A stretch of 64,000 nucleotides of DNA from Bacteroidota bacterium (GTDB lineage Bacteria; Bacteroidota; Bacteroidia; AKYH767-A; 2013-40CM-41-45): NCBI GenBank assembly GCA_043783155.1, contig JAYVZS010000054.1:85667-149666 (forward strand). Reading direction: 5' to 3'. Position numbers and translations under genes: made by a program. Under the pieces are notes generated by a model that did no database searches, had not been told where the DNA came from, and saw only the letters and a program-made list of their open reading frames with translations. Shown here piece after piece: positions 28,022 through 37,251 of this stretch. Position 1 is the stretch's first letter, and each line of letters starts with the position of its first letter.

Positions 28022-28058
28022 GTCCGATTGCCTTAAAAAAATCCGGTTGGTATAGTGA

Positions 28059-28205
28059 GAGACTGTTTAAATTATATTTCAAAAAGTTGTTATCGCACAC
28101 ACTTCGGCTCGGGATGATATCGTGCTCAGGTTAATGCTGAGCCAAGCAGAAGTCGAAGGGTTCGCTTGCGATATAATTTTTTCGGATAGAAACTTAAACA
28201 GCCAC
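28059..28205. mobile_element. MITE family A (GAGAC(C/T)GTTTAAATT ends, internal REP-like motif)
   Basis: Left end GAGACTGTTTAAATTATA; right end (rc) GTGGCTGTTTAAGTTTCTA; internal GCTGAGCC...AGTCGAAGGG; related to 50045-50188. Confidence 0.6.
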
Positions 28206-30616
28206 TAAGAACTTTTGAAAATTGACAAAATCCTTTGCCAGCGTGTCATTTTAATTTTCGCCTCTTCATCATAATAACCGTAACCATAACCATATCCGTA
28301 TCCATAGCCATAGCCGTAACCGTAGCCGTATTTGAAACGCGACATTTCCACTCCGTTTAGAACGACCGATAATTTTTTCATTTTATTTTCGTCAATCAGC
28401 TTGTTCAGATTCTGAATGAACATTCGTTTTGAATATAGCGCACGCAAGATATAAACAGGATAATCGGCGCTCTGAATAATCTTCACACCATCAGTTACAA
28501 TTCCTACCGGCGGAGTATCAATAATGATAATGTCGTACAGGTTTTTCAGGTAGTCGATGAGTTCATTCATCTTCGGACTTAAAATTAACTCAGAAGGGTT
28601 CGGCGGAATAGGTCCGGCAGTGATGAAGTCAAGATTTTTCAAATTGCTTTTGTTGATGCAGGCATCAGGATGATCTTTACCAATGAGAATAGTACTCATT
28701 CCTCTGATATTTTCGACACTGAATCCAAGGTGAATTTTCGGTTTTCGCATGTCAAGGTCAATGATGACGACACGTTTATCTGAAAAAGCAATAACACCGG
28801 CCAGATTAATGGCAACAAATGTTTTTCCTTCACCGGAAATTGTAGAGGTGATACCGATTACTTTTGACCCGGGATCATTCGAAATAAATTGGAGGTTGGT
28901 ACGGATCGAACGGAACGATTCTGAAATGGCTGACTTCGGATTTTTATCCACCAGCAACTGTGAAACCGGAATCGGACTTTTATATTTCGGAACAATACCA
29001 AGCAGCGCTGCATCCGTGTACTGATTAATTTCTTCGAGCGAAGTAATTTCATTGTACATCAGGTATTTCAGGAAGATGATAACTAAGCTGATGAAGAAGG
29101 CGATGGCAAGACTTCCGGCAAAAATCAGTTTTCGAACCGGTGAAATGGGGGTGAGGTTCGGATAGGCTTTCTCAAGGATAATATTATTAGGAACTACACC
29201 GGCTTTGCTGATCGCGAATTCTACTTTCTTTTCCAGCAGCAGGGCGTAAAATTTTTGGTTGATATCAAACACACGCTGAAGGCGATTTAACTGCGCTTCT
29301 TTACTGGGAAGTTCGCTGAACCTGGTTTCCAAATCTGAAATTCGCAGGTCAATATTGCTAATTTTATTTTGCAACGCAAGCCGGGCATTGTTGATGCTTT
29401 GCAAAAGCAATTCACGCTGGCCCCTGATCTGGTTCTGGAGCGCCTTCACTCCCTGGTTTTCATCAGTTGCCTGCAATTTCAGTTTCTGTTTTTCACTCTC
29501 AAGGTTTTGAATGCTGCTGATCACCGCTAAGATGGCAGGATCAGTATACGTGCCTGCCAACACAGCAATCAGACTGGTGTATTCAGTATTCAGTTTTAAT
29601 TCTTTTTCAAGGTGATCCATAACAGCTTCTTCAAGCTGAACCAGCGAACGCTGATTGATATAATCGTGGATCCGAGCAAGGTCTTCACTTGCATTGAGTG
29701 TCGGATTCAGGATTTTATTATCCTTCTTAAATGCTTCTAATGAAAATTCGGAATTCCGAAGTCCTGAATCTATTTTTGTGAGTGTTTCATCAATGAACTC
29801 AAGCGATTTGGTTTCTCGCTCCGACTTTCTCTCCTGGTCGTATGCGTTGAACTCGGTTACGATGGCATTTACAAGGTCTGCCGATTTGTAGGTGTTATTG
29901 TCATTGTAAACGACCTGGATTGTTTGCGCTTGTTGATTTAAGAGAAAAACTTTGATGAGGCGTATGTACTGGTTCAGATTTGTTTCCGGATTATTGATTA
30001 CAAAAAAGTAGGCCTGTTTCTTTATTGCATTTTGGTGCTCTACAATATTCTTGTAATTGAGGGTGGTCAACTTTAAACTGAATTCAGGAAGTTGAATCAA
30101 TTCATTTGCCTTGAATACCCCGTGATTATTTTTTCCATTAAAAAAATAGGAGAGACCAATTCTGTTTTCAGATTCAAAATCAATGTAAATCGGAATATCC
30201 ATTGCCGAAGTATCTTTCACATTCACATCAACGATAAACGGACTGCCTGTATAAAGTTCATTAATTAAAACTGTTCCTTTGGAATAGTAGCTGATCTGTA
30301 ACGGAAGTTTTGAAAGTGCCCGTGTGAGAATGACGCGCGAACGAATCAATTCAATATCTCCGGCAAGAGAGCTTGCAGACCCTGATTCAATCGCGCTGTT
30401 GCTGATATTCAGAATCGCCGTCGCATTGTTTACCACATCAATTTTGATGACCGACTGGCTCTGGTAAATATTGGGAGTATAGCGCAGGTAGAGATATGAA
30501 AAGGTGAGACCAAGCGCCATTAAAATAACCACGTAATAAAAATTATTTTTGGCGATGATGATAAAGAGTTTCAGGTCGAACTCTTCATTAAAATTGGTTA
30601 TCTTTTTTTTTGGCAT
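28205..30616 (-). CDS. wzc: Polysaccharide co-polymerase / BY-kinase (Wzc-like)
   Basis: Two TM helices, coiled coils, ESFRSIRTNL, Walker STISGEGKT, DLDMRKP, IIIDTPP, (YG)9YY tail. Confidence 0.92.
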   Translation of the reverse strand: MPKKKITNFNEEFDLKLFIIIAKNNFYYVVILMALGLTFSYLYLRYTPNIYQSQSVIKIDVVNNATAILNISNSAIESGSASSLAGDIELIRSRVILTRALSKLPLQISYYSKGTVLINELYTGSPFIVDVNVKDTSAMDIPIYIDFESENRIGLSYFFNGKNNHGVFKANELIQLPEFSLKLTTLNYKNIVEHQNAIKKQAYFFVINNPETNLNQYIRLIKVFLLNQQAQTIQVVYNDNNTYKSADLVNAIVTEFNAYDQERKSERETKSLEFIDETLTKIDSGLRNSEFSLEAFKKDNKILNPTLNASEDLARIHDYINQRSLVQLEEAVMDHLEKELKLNTEYTSLIAVLAGTYTDPAILAVISSIQNLESEKQKLKLQATDENQGVKALQNQIRGQRELLLQSINNARLALQNKISNIDLRISDLETRFSELPSKEAQLNRLQRVFDINQKFYALLLEKKVEFAISKAGVVPNNIILEKAYPNLTPISPVRKLIFAGSLAIAFFISLVIIFLKYLMYNEITSLEEINQYTDAALLGIVPKYKSPIPVSQLLVDKNPKSAISESFRSIRTNLQFISNDPGSKVIGITSTISGEGKTFVAINLAGVIAFSDKRVVIIDLDMRKPKIHLGFSVENIRGMSTILIGKDHPDACINKSNLKNLDFITAGPIPPNPSELILSPKMNELIDYLKNLYDIIIIDTPPVGIVTDGVKIIQSADYPVYILRALYSKRMFIQNLNKLIDENKMKKLSVVLNGVEMSRFKYGYGYGYGYGYGYGYGYGYYDEEAKIKMTRWQRILSIFKSS

Positions 30617-30622
30617 AATTTA

Positions 30623-31360
30623 TTATTTCTTTAATAAACTAATAACCAATAAAGCGGTGGTAAGGATTCCAACATAAGGCGTAATCTGAGCCAGCACTTT
30701 TGAAGAATAGTCAGGCGATGGTTCCACGTAAATAATATCTTTCGATTGAACGGCAAGGGTCGATTTTTTAATTCCTTCCATGGTAGAGAGATCAATAGCA
30801 AAAATTTGCGGATTTTTTAAATCGCCGCGTATTAGTTTTATTTTATAAGCTTTTCCCCTTGCATGAACTCCACCGGCAAGTGTAAGTGCTTCAAGCAATG
30901 TCGTGTTTTCATTTTGAAGATTGACGACTGTTCCGGTTCCGCCATCTCCTTGAAAAACTAATACCTGGCGATTTAGGACACGGAGTACGACAAATGGTGA
31001 AATGTAGTACAGGGAATATCGTTGCTCCAGCATTTTTTCAATATCATGGATAGTCATTCCCGCTACTTTCACTCTTCCGATAAGAGGTAATTTTGTATAA
31101 CCGTCAAATTCTACAAGGAAGTAGTTGATTTGAGAAATATTGGAAACGCTTTGATTAAGATCGACGAGCTTAAAGGCATCATTGGTAAAAATTCTCATGT
31201 CAAGGTGATCGAATGGAGCGATCAGGTATTCAGTTGCCTGGTTACTAACGGAATCAGTTGCAAATACGTAACTGTTACCTGTTTTAAACATCAGGCTTGG
31301 ATTAATGGTTCGGCAGGAAAAAAACGGAATAATAAAAAACAGAAGAAACAGTTTTCGCAT
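30623..31360 (-). CDS. wza: Polysaccharide export lipoprotein (Wza-like)
   Basis: Start reassigned to ATG 31360 (MRKLFLLFFIIPFFSC lipobox); DGYTKLPLIG, TLLEALTLAGG, DIIYVEP; upstream of wzc. Confidence 0.85.
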   Translation of the reverse strand: MRKLFLLFFIIPFFSCRTINPSLMFKTGNSYVFATDSVSNQATEYLIAPFDHLDMRIFTNDAFKLVDLNQSVSNISQINYFLVEFDGYTKLPLIGRVKVAGMTIHDIEKMLEQRYSLYYISPFVVLRVLNRQVLVFQGDGGTGTVVNLQNENTTLLEALTLAGGVHARGKAYKIKLIRGDLKNPQIFAIDLSTMEGIKKSTLAVQSKDIIYVEPSPDYSSKVLAQITPYVGILTTALLVISLLKK

Positions 31361-31495
31361 ATTTTCTTTTAGCAAGGCGAACAAAAATAAAACAATAATA
31401 CGAAGGAAAATAATATATTTTCGGTGAAATAAGAAGAAAAAAGGAAAATTACCTGATTTGTACAGACGCAATATATTTCGTCTCAACTATCCCGA

Positions 31496-32161
31496 TCACA
31501 ATTTTATTTTCACAAACCAATCCCGTTCGCAATCCTGAATCTCAAACTGCTTAAAACCGGCTTGCTTCATTAAACCTGTCACATCATTTTTAGAATATAA
31601 ATAAAGCGGGCAATGCCTTAGTTTGTATCTCACTTTACGTTGCATGGCTAAAAGGCCGCCGCTTTTGGGAAAGCTGGCGTAAATTTCTTTGCTGATTTCT
31701 TTCTTTAGCTTTAAGAGAATATCTACGGGGTTTTTGATGTAATCGAAAAAACCCATCAGACAGGCAGCATCAAATTTATTTTCAAAAGGATGGGCTAAGT
31801 AATCCGCTTTAATAAAATTTTTCTCCCCTTTTACCTGGAGCGTGTTGATGTTTCGTTGAGCAATCTTCAACATCTCTTCCGATAAATCGAGGCCAGTTAC
31901 TTTTTTATGTTGCCGGAGAAACTCCAAACAGTAATGTCCTGGCCCACAACCGATGTCGATGATGGAAACAATGGATGGCTCTGCAGTGTATTTCAGTGTT
32001 TTCTGAAACCGCATGAACATGGTGCGTCTGAAAAGATTGTCGACTAATTTTTGGAATCCGCTTCTCTTTTCAGAATGACCGTAAATGCTATCGAAGCCGC
32101 TTGCATATCCCTCAAAAAAAGTTGCGACCTGGTTAGTTTCGGTATGATTGTGTTGGCTCAT
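31496..32161 (-). CDS. Class I SAM-dependent methyltransferase
   Basis: IIDIGCGPG, GLDLSEEML; start moved to ATG 32161 to remove overlap. Confidence 0.85.
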   Translation of the reverse strand: MSQHNHTETNQVATFFEGYASGFDSIYGHSEKRSGFQKLVDNLFRRTMFMRFQKTLKYTAEPSIVSIIDIGCGPGHYCLEFLRQHKKVTGLDLSEEMLKIAQRNINTLQVKGEKNFIKADYLAHPFENKFDAACLMGFFDYIKNPVDILLKLKKEISKEIYASFPKSGGLLAMQRKVRYKLRHCPLYLYSKNDVTGLMKQAGFKQFEIQDCERDWFVKIKL

Positions 32162-32172
32162 TAAATTGAAAT

Positions 32173-32973
32173 TTATTTTTTGTTGATTAAATCGATCAGC
32201 GGACAAAATTGAAAATCCTGAAGCAACAAATCAAGTTTTTGTTCTGTTTTATTCAGGTTCCAATAATGAGGAATTTTTCTTCGCGAAGATAAGAAAGAGA
32301 GGTAAGGGTGATGCTCATCCAGTTCCCACGGATGAATGTAAAATATTCCCGGGCTGTTTTTATTGATAGTTTTCAGTTTGGCTGAAAATAATTTGTATGG
32401 CAGGATACGAAAGTAAGCTCCCCCAAGTCCAATATCGAAATTCAACAACTTGAACGTTGAGACCGGCGCTTCCCATAAACCTGAATCCATTTTGTGAATG
32501 TCTTTCCGGTAGCCAACAACGCCCGTTCGTTTGCTATCGCCGGGATAAATACTGGCATCGTAAAGGAAATTATTGTTTTTCAAAATATCCAATGCCCACC
32601 ACGATCTTTTATCAATGGAAAAATAAGGCGCCCGGAATCCGGAATAATTTTTTCCAAATGGTGTCAACAAGCCAATACAATCATGGATTTCTTTTTCAAA
32701 ATTTTTTTCATTGAGATAAAATAATTCAGTGTGAGAGTAGGAGTGACAGCCAATTTCATGTCCTTCTTCAATTAGTTCTTTGATGATGTCCGGGAATTCT
32801 TCAATCACTTTTCCCAACACAAAAAAAGTAGCTTTCACATTATACTTTCGGAGCAGACTCATAATACGCGTGTAACCGATCATCAATCGTTTTTCATATT
32901 GATTCCATTCGGCGACCGGGATTCCGACTCCGTGGTACCAATCTTCCAGGTCAACTGTGAATGCATTCATCAT
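32173..32973 (-). CDS. Polysaccharide deacetylase (DUF3473-type)
   Basis: FTVDLEDWY, ATFFVLG, GHEIGCHSYSH, GFRAPYFS, GGAYFR, YIHPWELD. Confidence 0.9.
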   Translation of the reverse strand: MMNAFTVDLEDWYHGVGIPVAEWNQYEKRLMIGYTRIMSLLRKYNVKATFFVLGKVIEEFPDIIKELIEEGHEIGCHSYSHTELFYLNEKNFEKEIHDCIGLLTPFGKNYSGFRAPYFSIDKRSWWALDILKNNNFLYDASIYPGDSKRTGVVGYRKDIHKMDSGLWEAPVSTFKLLNFDIGLGGAYFRILPYKLFSAKLKTINKNSPGIFYIHPWELDEHHPYLSFLSSRRKIPHYWNLNKTEQKLDLLLQDFQFCPLIDLINKK

Positions 32974-32976
32974 AGG

Positions 32977-34143
32977 TTAGAATGAATCAGAAGTTGATTG
33001 GTTATACACATCTCTCAATTGCTGAATCATAAGTTTTGAATCCCAGTCTTTTTTAACATGTTCGAATGCCCGTTCTCCGAATAGTTTTCTTTTTTCTTTG
33101 TAACGGATCAGGTCATTGATTTTCTCTGTCAATGCGTGTACATCATTTGGTGGAACAAGATACCCGCTTTCGTTGTTCGTAATCACTTCTCCGATTCCTT
33201 CCACAGTAAAAGCAACGGTAGGAACTTTCATCAGCGATGCTTCCACGGCAACTCTTGGCAAACCTTCGCGCAGAGAGGTAAGCACATGAATGTCTGCGAT
33301 CGATAAAAGTGTTCCGATCCGGTCACTGAATCCATAGAAGATAACATCATCCACCATCTTTAAATCTTTCACCAATCGTTTGCATTCGTCTGTCAATTCA
33401 CCTTCTCCAACTAAAATTAATTTCAAATGTGAATTCGTTTTCTTTAATGCAGCGAAACTTTGTATCGTAAACCGCTGTGCTTTTGAAAAGGAAAAACGTC
33501 CGATGTTAATCAGTATGATATCCTCCTGATGAATGTTTAAAGAAGCTTTCAGTGTTTCTTTCCCTGATTCTGCTGATTGATCTTCTTTCATAAATTTATC
33601 AATGTCAATCCCGCTGTGGATGACTTTGAAAGGAATTTTCAAACCGATGTTTTGCCGGTGGTAATGGCTGATCACATCTTTACTTACGCCTATGATGAGA
33701 TCACTTACACCCACCGTCCATCGTTCAGTGAGAATGTAAAATTTTCGTTTCAGATAACTCATCGGATCGTTGAAGGTGACGCCATGCAAACCATAAATGA
33801 TGTACCTGCATCCTGCTATGTAGGCGGCAAGACGCGATAGTAAACTTGCTTTCGCTTCATGCGTGTGCACAATGTCATATTTCTCTTTCCTGATAAGGCG
33901 GATGAAAAAAAATAATGCCTTCAGGTCGTTGAAAAAATTGAGCGGCCTAACAAGATATTTACACTCGATAAATTTTAGTCCTTCAATTTCAACAAAGGGG
34001 TTGTGATAGACTTCATTTCCAACAGCAAGGTGAAACTCGAATTCATCTTTCAATCCATCAATGGTGAGAAAGACGTTGTTGTCGACGCCTCCGCCTTTGG
34101 CAAGCCATGTCATGGTGTGTAAGATTTTCGGTTTCTTATTCAT
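32977..34143 (-). CDS. Glycosyltransferase family 4
   Basis: DIVHTH, IHSGID, IGRFS..K, SLREGLPRVAVEA. Confidence 0.9.
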   Translation of the reverse strand: MNKKPKILHTMTWLAKGGGVDNNVFLTIDGLKDEFEFHLAVGNEVYHNPFVEIEGLKFIECKYLVRPLNFFNDLKALFFFIRLIRKEKYDIVHTHEAKASLLSRLAAYIAGCRYIIYGLHGVTFNDPMSYLKRKFYILTERWTVGVSDLIIGVSKDVISHYHRQNIGLKIPFKVIHSGIDIDKFMKEDQSAESGKETLKASLNIHQEDIILINIGRFSFSKAQRFTIQSFAALKKTNSHLKLILVGEGELTDECKRLVKDLKMVDDVIFYGFSDRIGTLLSIADIHVLTSLREGLPRVAVEASLMKVPTVAFTVEGIGEVITNNESGYLVPPNDVHALTEKINDLIRYKEKRKLFGERAFEHVKKDWDSKLMIQQLRDVYNQSTSDSF

Positions 34144-34173
34144 CGAAAGGGAAGATGTAAAAATAGAGAAAAA

Positions 34174-34292
34174 AAGTGTTTAAGTATTGAAGTGTTTGAG
34201 TGTTTATGTGATTAAGTATTTATGAATTGAAATGTTGAAGGAAGAAAAAAGATGTACCGGCATTTACCCATCTGCACATTTTCAAATTTTCA
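34174..34292. repeat. Two degenerate 8-bp tandem tracts
   Basis: Eight units of AAGTGTTT-like sequence at 34174-34237; CATTTACC-CATCTGCA-CATTTTCA-AATTTTCA at 34261-34292, containing the asnB stop. Confidence 0.6.
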
Positions 34293-36258
34293 AATTGCGT
34301 TTCCACCAATATTGAAAAACAAGCAAAGCCCATACCTGCTCAACTGCTTCGCCGGGACTGCCGCTGAAAAGTTTTTTCTTCAACAGACGAATGGCTTCAG
34401 GGTCGAAAATGTTTTGTTCACGGATTATTTTTTCAGAAAGGAGATCATCCGCAATCAATGATTTCAATTCATGGTTGAACCAGTTTAAAAGCGGCACATC
34501 AAATCCTTGTTTTCTTCGTGTGTAAAGTTCTTCCGGCAGAAGTTTCCGAAAGGCATCACGCACAATTTTTTTTCTTCCATCATCATCAATTTTTGAACTG
34601 ACCGGCAACGAAAAAGCGAAGTTGACAACTTCATAGTCAAGAAAAGGTGTTCTTACTTCCAGCGAATTTGCCATCGACATCAGGTCTACTTTCGGCAGCA
34701 TCGCATAAGGGAGAGGAAGATGCATATCAGAATAGAGAACATCATTCATGTCTCCGTCCTCCTTGATGTATTTCAAAATATTTTCTTTTCTTCGCAAATA
34801 TTCAGCAAGACTTTGCGTCTGCGCGGTAACTTTCTTCAGTAAGAGATTTTCAACTTCTGATTCGCCTTCAAAGCCGGCCCATCGCCAGTATCTTTCTTTC
34901 GCAGACATGTTCATTCCGTCAGAAAATTTATTGAGTTGACGGAACTTATTTCCGACTTTCGAATCGCGCGATTGCGGAAGGATTTTCCAAAGGGGGCCGA
35001 GTAACCTTACCGCTTTTGCTGCCGCATCTTTTTTCCGGATCTTCCATTCAGCTGCATGTTTGTTATAGCCGCCGAACAACTCATCAGCACCATCTCCTGA
35101 AAGTGCGACGGTTACATGTTTACGCGTGTGCATACTGAGTATGTAAACAGCCAGCGAGGAGGAATCAGCGAACGGCTCGTCAATGTAATCAAGCACTTTA
35201 TACAGGTTGTCGAACAGATCATCGTTGGTAAGACTAAAAATCGTGTGGTTGGTTTTGCATTTTTCAGCGACTAAATTTGCATAGCGTGTTTCATCAAACA
35301 TCGGTTCATCGCGAAAGCCAATCGAAAATGTATGGAGGTGTTGAGTATGATGTGAAGCCAAAGCAACAATCACGGATGAATCAATTCCACCGCTGAGAAA
35401 AGCACCAAGCGGTACATCAGAAATCAATCTTCGCTGAACCGAATTGTCGAGCAACCTAAATAATTCCTTTTGCTGCTCATCATAACTGAGACTTGATTTC
35501 GAAACCGATAATGGAATCTCGTAATATTTTTTTCTTTGAACCCGCGATTGCCAACTGCCAGCTGCGAACTGCGAACTGCTGACGGCGATCTGCCGACTGT
35601 CCACTGCAGACTGCCGACCTTTCACATCGACCTTTAAGTAACTCCCCGGCTCAACTTTTCTCACTCCTTTAAAAACTGTTTCCGGTCCTGGAATATAATT
35701 GAGTTGTAGATAGGTGAACAACGATACAACATCTAACTCTTTTGGAATACCCATGGCCATGAGTGCTTTCATCTCCGAAGCGAACATGAACGAATCATCG
35801 TCGGAATAAACGAGAAGCGGTTTAACACCAAATCTGTCGCGTGCGATAAAAAGTGTTTCTTCTTCATTGTCATAAATAGCAAATGAAAAGAAACCGTTTA
35901 CACGTTTCAGGCATTCTTCTTTTTCAAGGATGTATAAATAAAGAAGTACTTCCGTGTCGCTTTCGGATTTCAAATGAATTCCATTCTGTTCAAGAAAAGG
36001 TTTGTGTTCTTTGAAATTGAAGAATTCGCCGTTGAAAATAATCGTGTAGCGTGCGCTGATGTCCGTCATCGGCTGCGATGCTGCAGAAGATGTATCAATG
36101 ATGGAGAGTCTTGTGTGTGCCAGCACAACGTTGCCATCTATAAAAGTTCCGTTTGAATCGGGACCTCTTTTATCAAGACACTTCACGGCATTCCCGATTT
36201 TTGAGAACGCTGTTTTTCCTTTTTCATTGAATGCAACAATACCGGCAATTCCGCACAT
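34282..36258 (-). CDS. asnB: Asparagine synthase family amidotransferase (second copy) with repeat-derived insert
   Basis: MCGI, RGPD, HTRLSIID, DRFGVKPL, FLSGGIDSS, SGDGADELFGGY, SLEVRTPFLD. Confidence 0.92.
   Translation of the reverse strand: MCGIAGIVAFNEKGKTAFSKIGNAVKCLDKRGPDSNGTFIDGNVVLAHTRLSIIDTSSAASQPMTDISARYTIIFNGEFFNFKEHKPFLEQNGIHLKSESDTEVLLYLYILEKEECLKRVNGFFSFAIYDNEEETLFIARDRFGVKPLLVYSDDDSFMFASEMKALMAMGIPKELDVVSLFTYLQLNYIPGPETVFKGVRKVEPGSYLKVDVKGRQSAVDSRQIAVSSSQFAAGSWQSRVQRKKYYEIPLSVSKSSLSYDEQQKELFRLLDNSVQRRLISDVPLGAFLSGGIDSSVIVALASHHTQHLHTFSIGFRDEPMFDETRYANLVAEKCKTNHTIFSLTNDDLFDNLYKVLDYIDEPFADSSSLAVYILSMHTRKHVTVALSGDGADELFGGYNKHAAEWKIRKKDAAAKAVRLLGPLWKILPQSRDSKVGNKFRQLNKFSDGMNMSAKERYWRWAGFEGESEVENLLLKKVTAQTQSLAEYLRRKENILKYIKEDGDMNDVLYSDMHLPLPYAMLPKVDLMSMANSLEVRTPFLDYEVVNFAFSLPVSSKIDDDGRKKIVRDAFRKLLPEELYTRRKQGFDVPLLNWFNHELKSLIADDLLSEKIIREQNIFDPEAIRLLKKKLFSGSPGEAVEQVWALLVFQYWWKRNLKI
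35539..35615. repeat. Degenerate 7-bp tandem repeat (about 11 units, (A/G)ACTGCC-like) inside asnB
   Basis: AACCCGC GATTGCC AACTGCC AGCTGCG AACTGCG AACTGCT GACGGCG ATCTGCC GACTGTC CACTGCA GACTGCC. Confidence 0.8.
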
Positions 36259-36336
36259 GTCTGGCTGTCTTCTTTTTAGACGCAGGCAAATGTCAGAAAA
36301 TTAAAAGTGATCACCATGTACTTTTTTTGTGCTCGT

Positions 36337-36495
36337 ATAAACTGCTTTAATTTATATCAATAAAAACACAATTGCTTACGCGCATTTCGGCTTCGCTCTG
36401 TGCTTCGGCTCAGTTCGACATCATGCGCGGGGTCATGCTGAACGGAGTCGAAGCATGTTCGATATCAAATATTTGAAATGAAAATTAAACGTCTC
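36337..36495. mobile_element. MITE family A, degenerate copy
   Basis: Right end (rc) GAGACGTTTAATTTT; weak left end AAACTGCTTTAATTTATA; internal GTCATGCTGAACGGAGTCGAAGCA. Confidence 0.45.
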
Positions 36496-36504
36496 ATACT
36501 TTTT

Positions 36505-36665
36505 CACTATTGTCCGGGGAATATTTTTTGTCGCTTTGAATATGTCGTCACCATTGGTTTCTGCCTTATTGACCTCACCTCAACCCCTCTCCTAGGGAGA
36601 GGGGTTAATCCCTGCTATCGATAGATATTTCAAGAGGAGAGTATCTTTTTTGTCGGACAGTAGTG
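36505..36665. mobile_element. MITE family B, 161 bp, with 9-bp target-site duplication
   Basis: Ends CACTATTGTCCG / CGGACAGTAGTG; flanked by perfect ATACTTTTT at 36496-36504 and 36666-36674; internal CCCCTCTCC-TAG-GGAGAGGGG hairpin. Confidence 0.85.
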
Positions 36666-36756
36666 ATACTTTTTAGAATAATTTTTCTTTAAAAAGTTTT
36701 TTTATATTGCGTGATTATTCTATCAATTAATTCATTAACACTAAAAACAAACTACT

Positions 36757-37173
36757 ATGGGATTTACTAAAGAATTTAAAGACTTCGTTTCAAAAGGTAA
36801 CGTGGTTGATTTAGCTGTCGGTGTTGTTATCGGAGCTGCGTTCGGAAAAATTGTAACTTCACTGGTTGAAGATATTATCATGCCACCGATTGGTTATTTA
36901 ATTGGCGGCGTCGATTTTACCAATTTGAAATTTATTATCCATGCGGCCAGCACAGATGCGGCCGGGAAAGTAGTGCCTGCTGTAAGTATTAATTATGGTA
37001 ATTTTATCCAGGTAGTTTTCAGCTTTATTATTGTCGCCCTTGCAATTTTTGTATTTGTTGTGAAACCTATAAATGCGATGAAGAAGAAAGAAGAAGCCGC
37101 ACCTTCTGCACCACCGGCACCTTCTAACCAGGAAGTTTTACTTACGCAGATCCGCGACCTGTTGAAGAAATAA
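36757..37173 (+). CDS. mscL: Large-conductance mechanosensitive channel
   Basis: [45 protein letters not shown]. Confidence 0.97.
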   Translation: MGFTKEFKDFVSKGNVVDLAVGVVIGAAFGKIVTSLVEDIIMPPIGYLIGGVDFTNLKFIIHAASTDAAGKVVPAVSINYGNFIQVVFSFIIVALAIFVFVVKPINAMKKKEEAAPSAPPAPSNQEVLLTQIRDLLKK

Positions 37174-37193
37174 TCTTTCATTTAGATAAAATA

Positions 37194-37234
37194 AAAAGTC
37201 CTTCAGTGATTTACTGAAGGACTTTTCTTTTTTT
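37194..37234. terminator. Bidirectional intrinsic terminator between mscL and lpdA
   Basis: AAAAGTCCTTCAGT-GATTT-ACTGAAGGACTTTT stem flanked by A/T runs. Confidence 0.85.
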
Positions 37235-37251
37235 GAACCCGGAACTCCGAA

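Noticed and set aside
31361-31486. 42-aa N-terminal extension of Wza in the ORF track
   Set aside because: ATG 31360 gives a clean lipoprotein signal, and a TATTTTTG promoter box lies within the extension.
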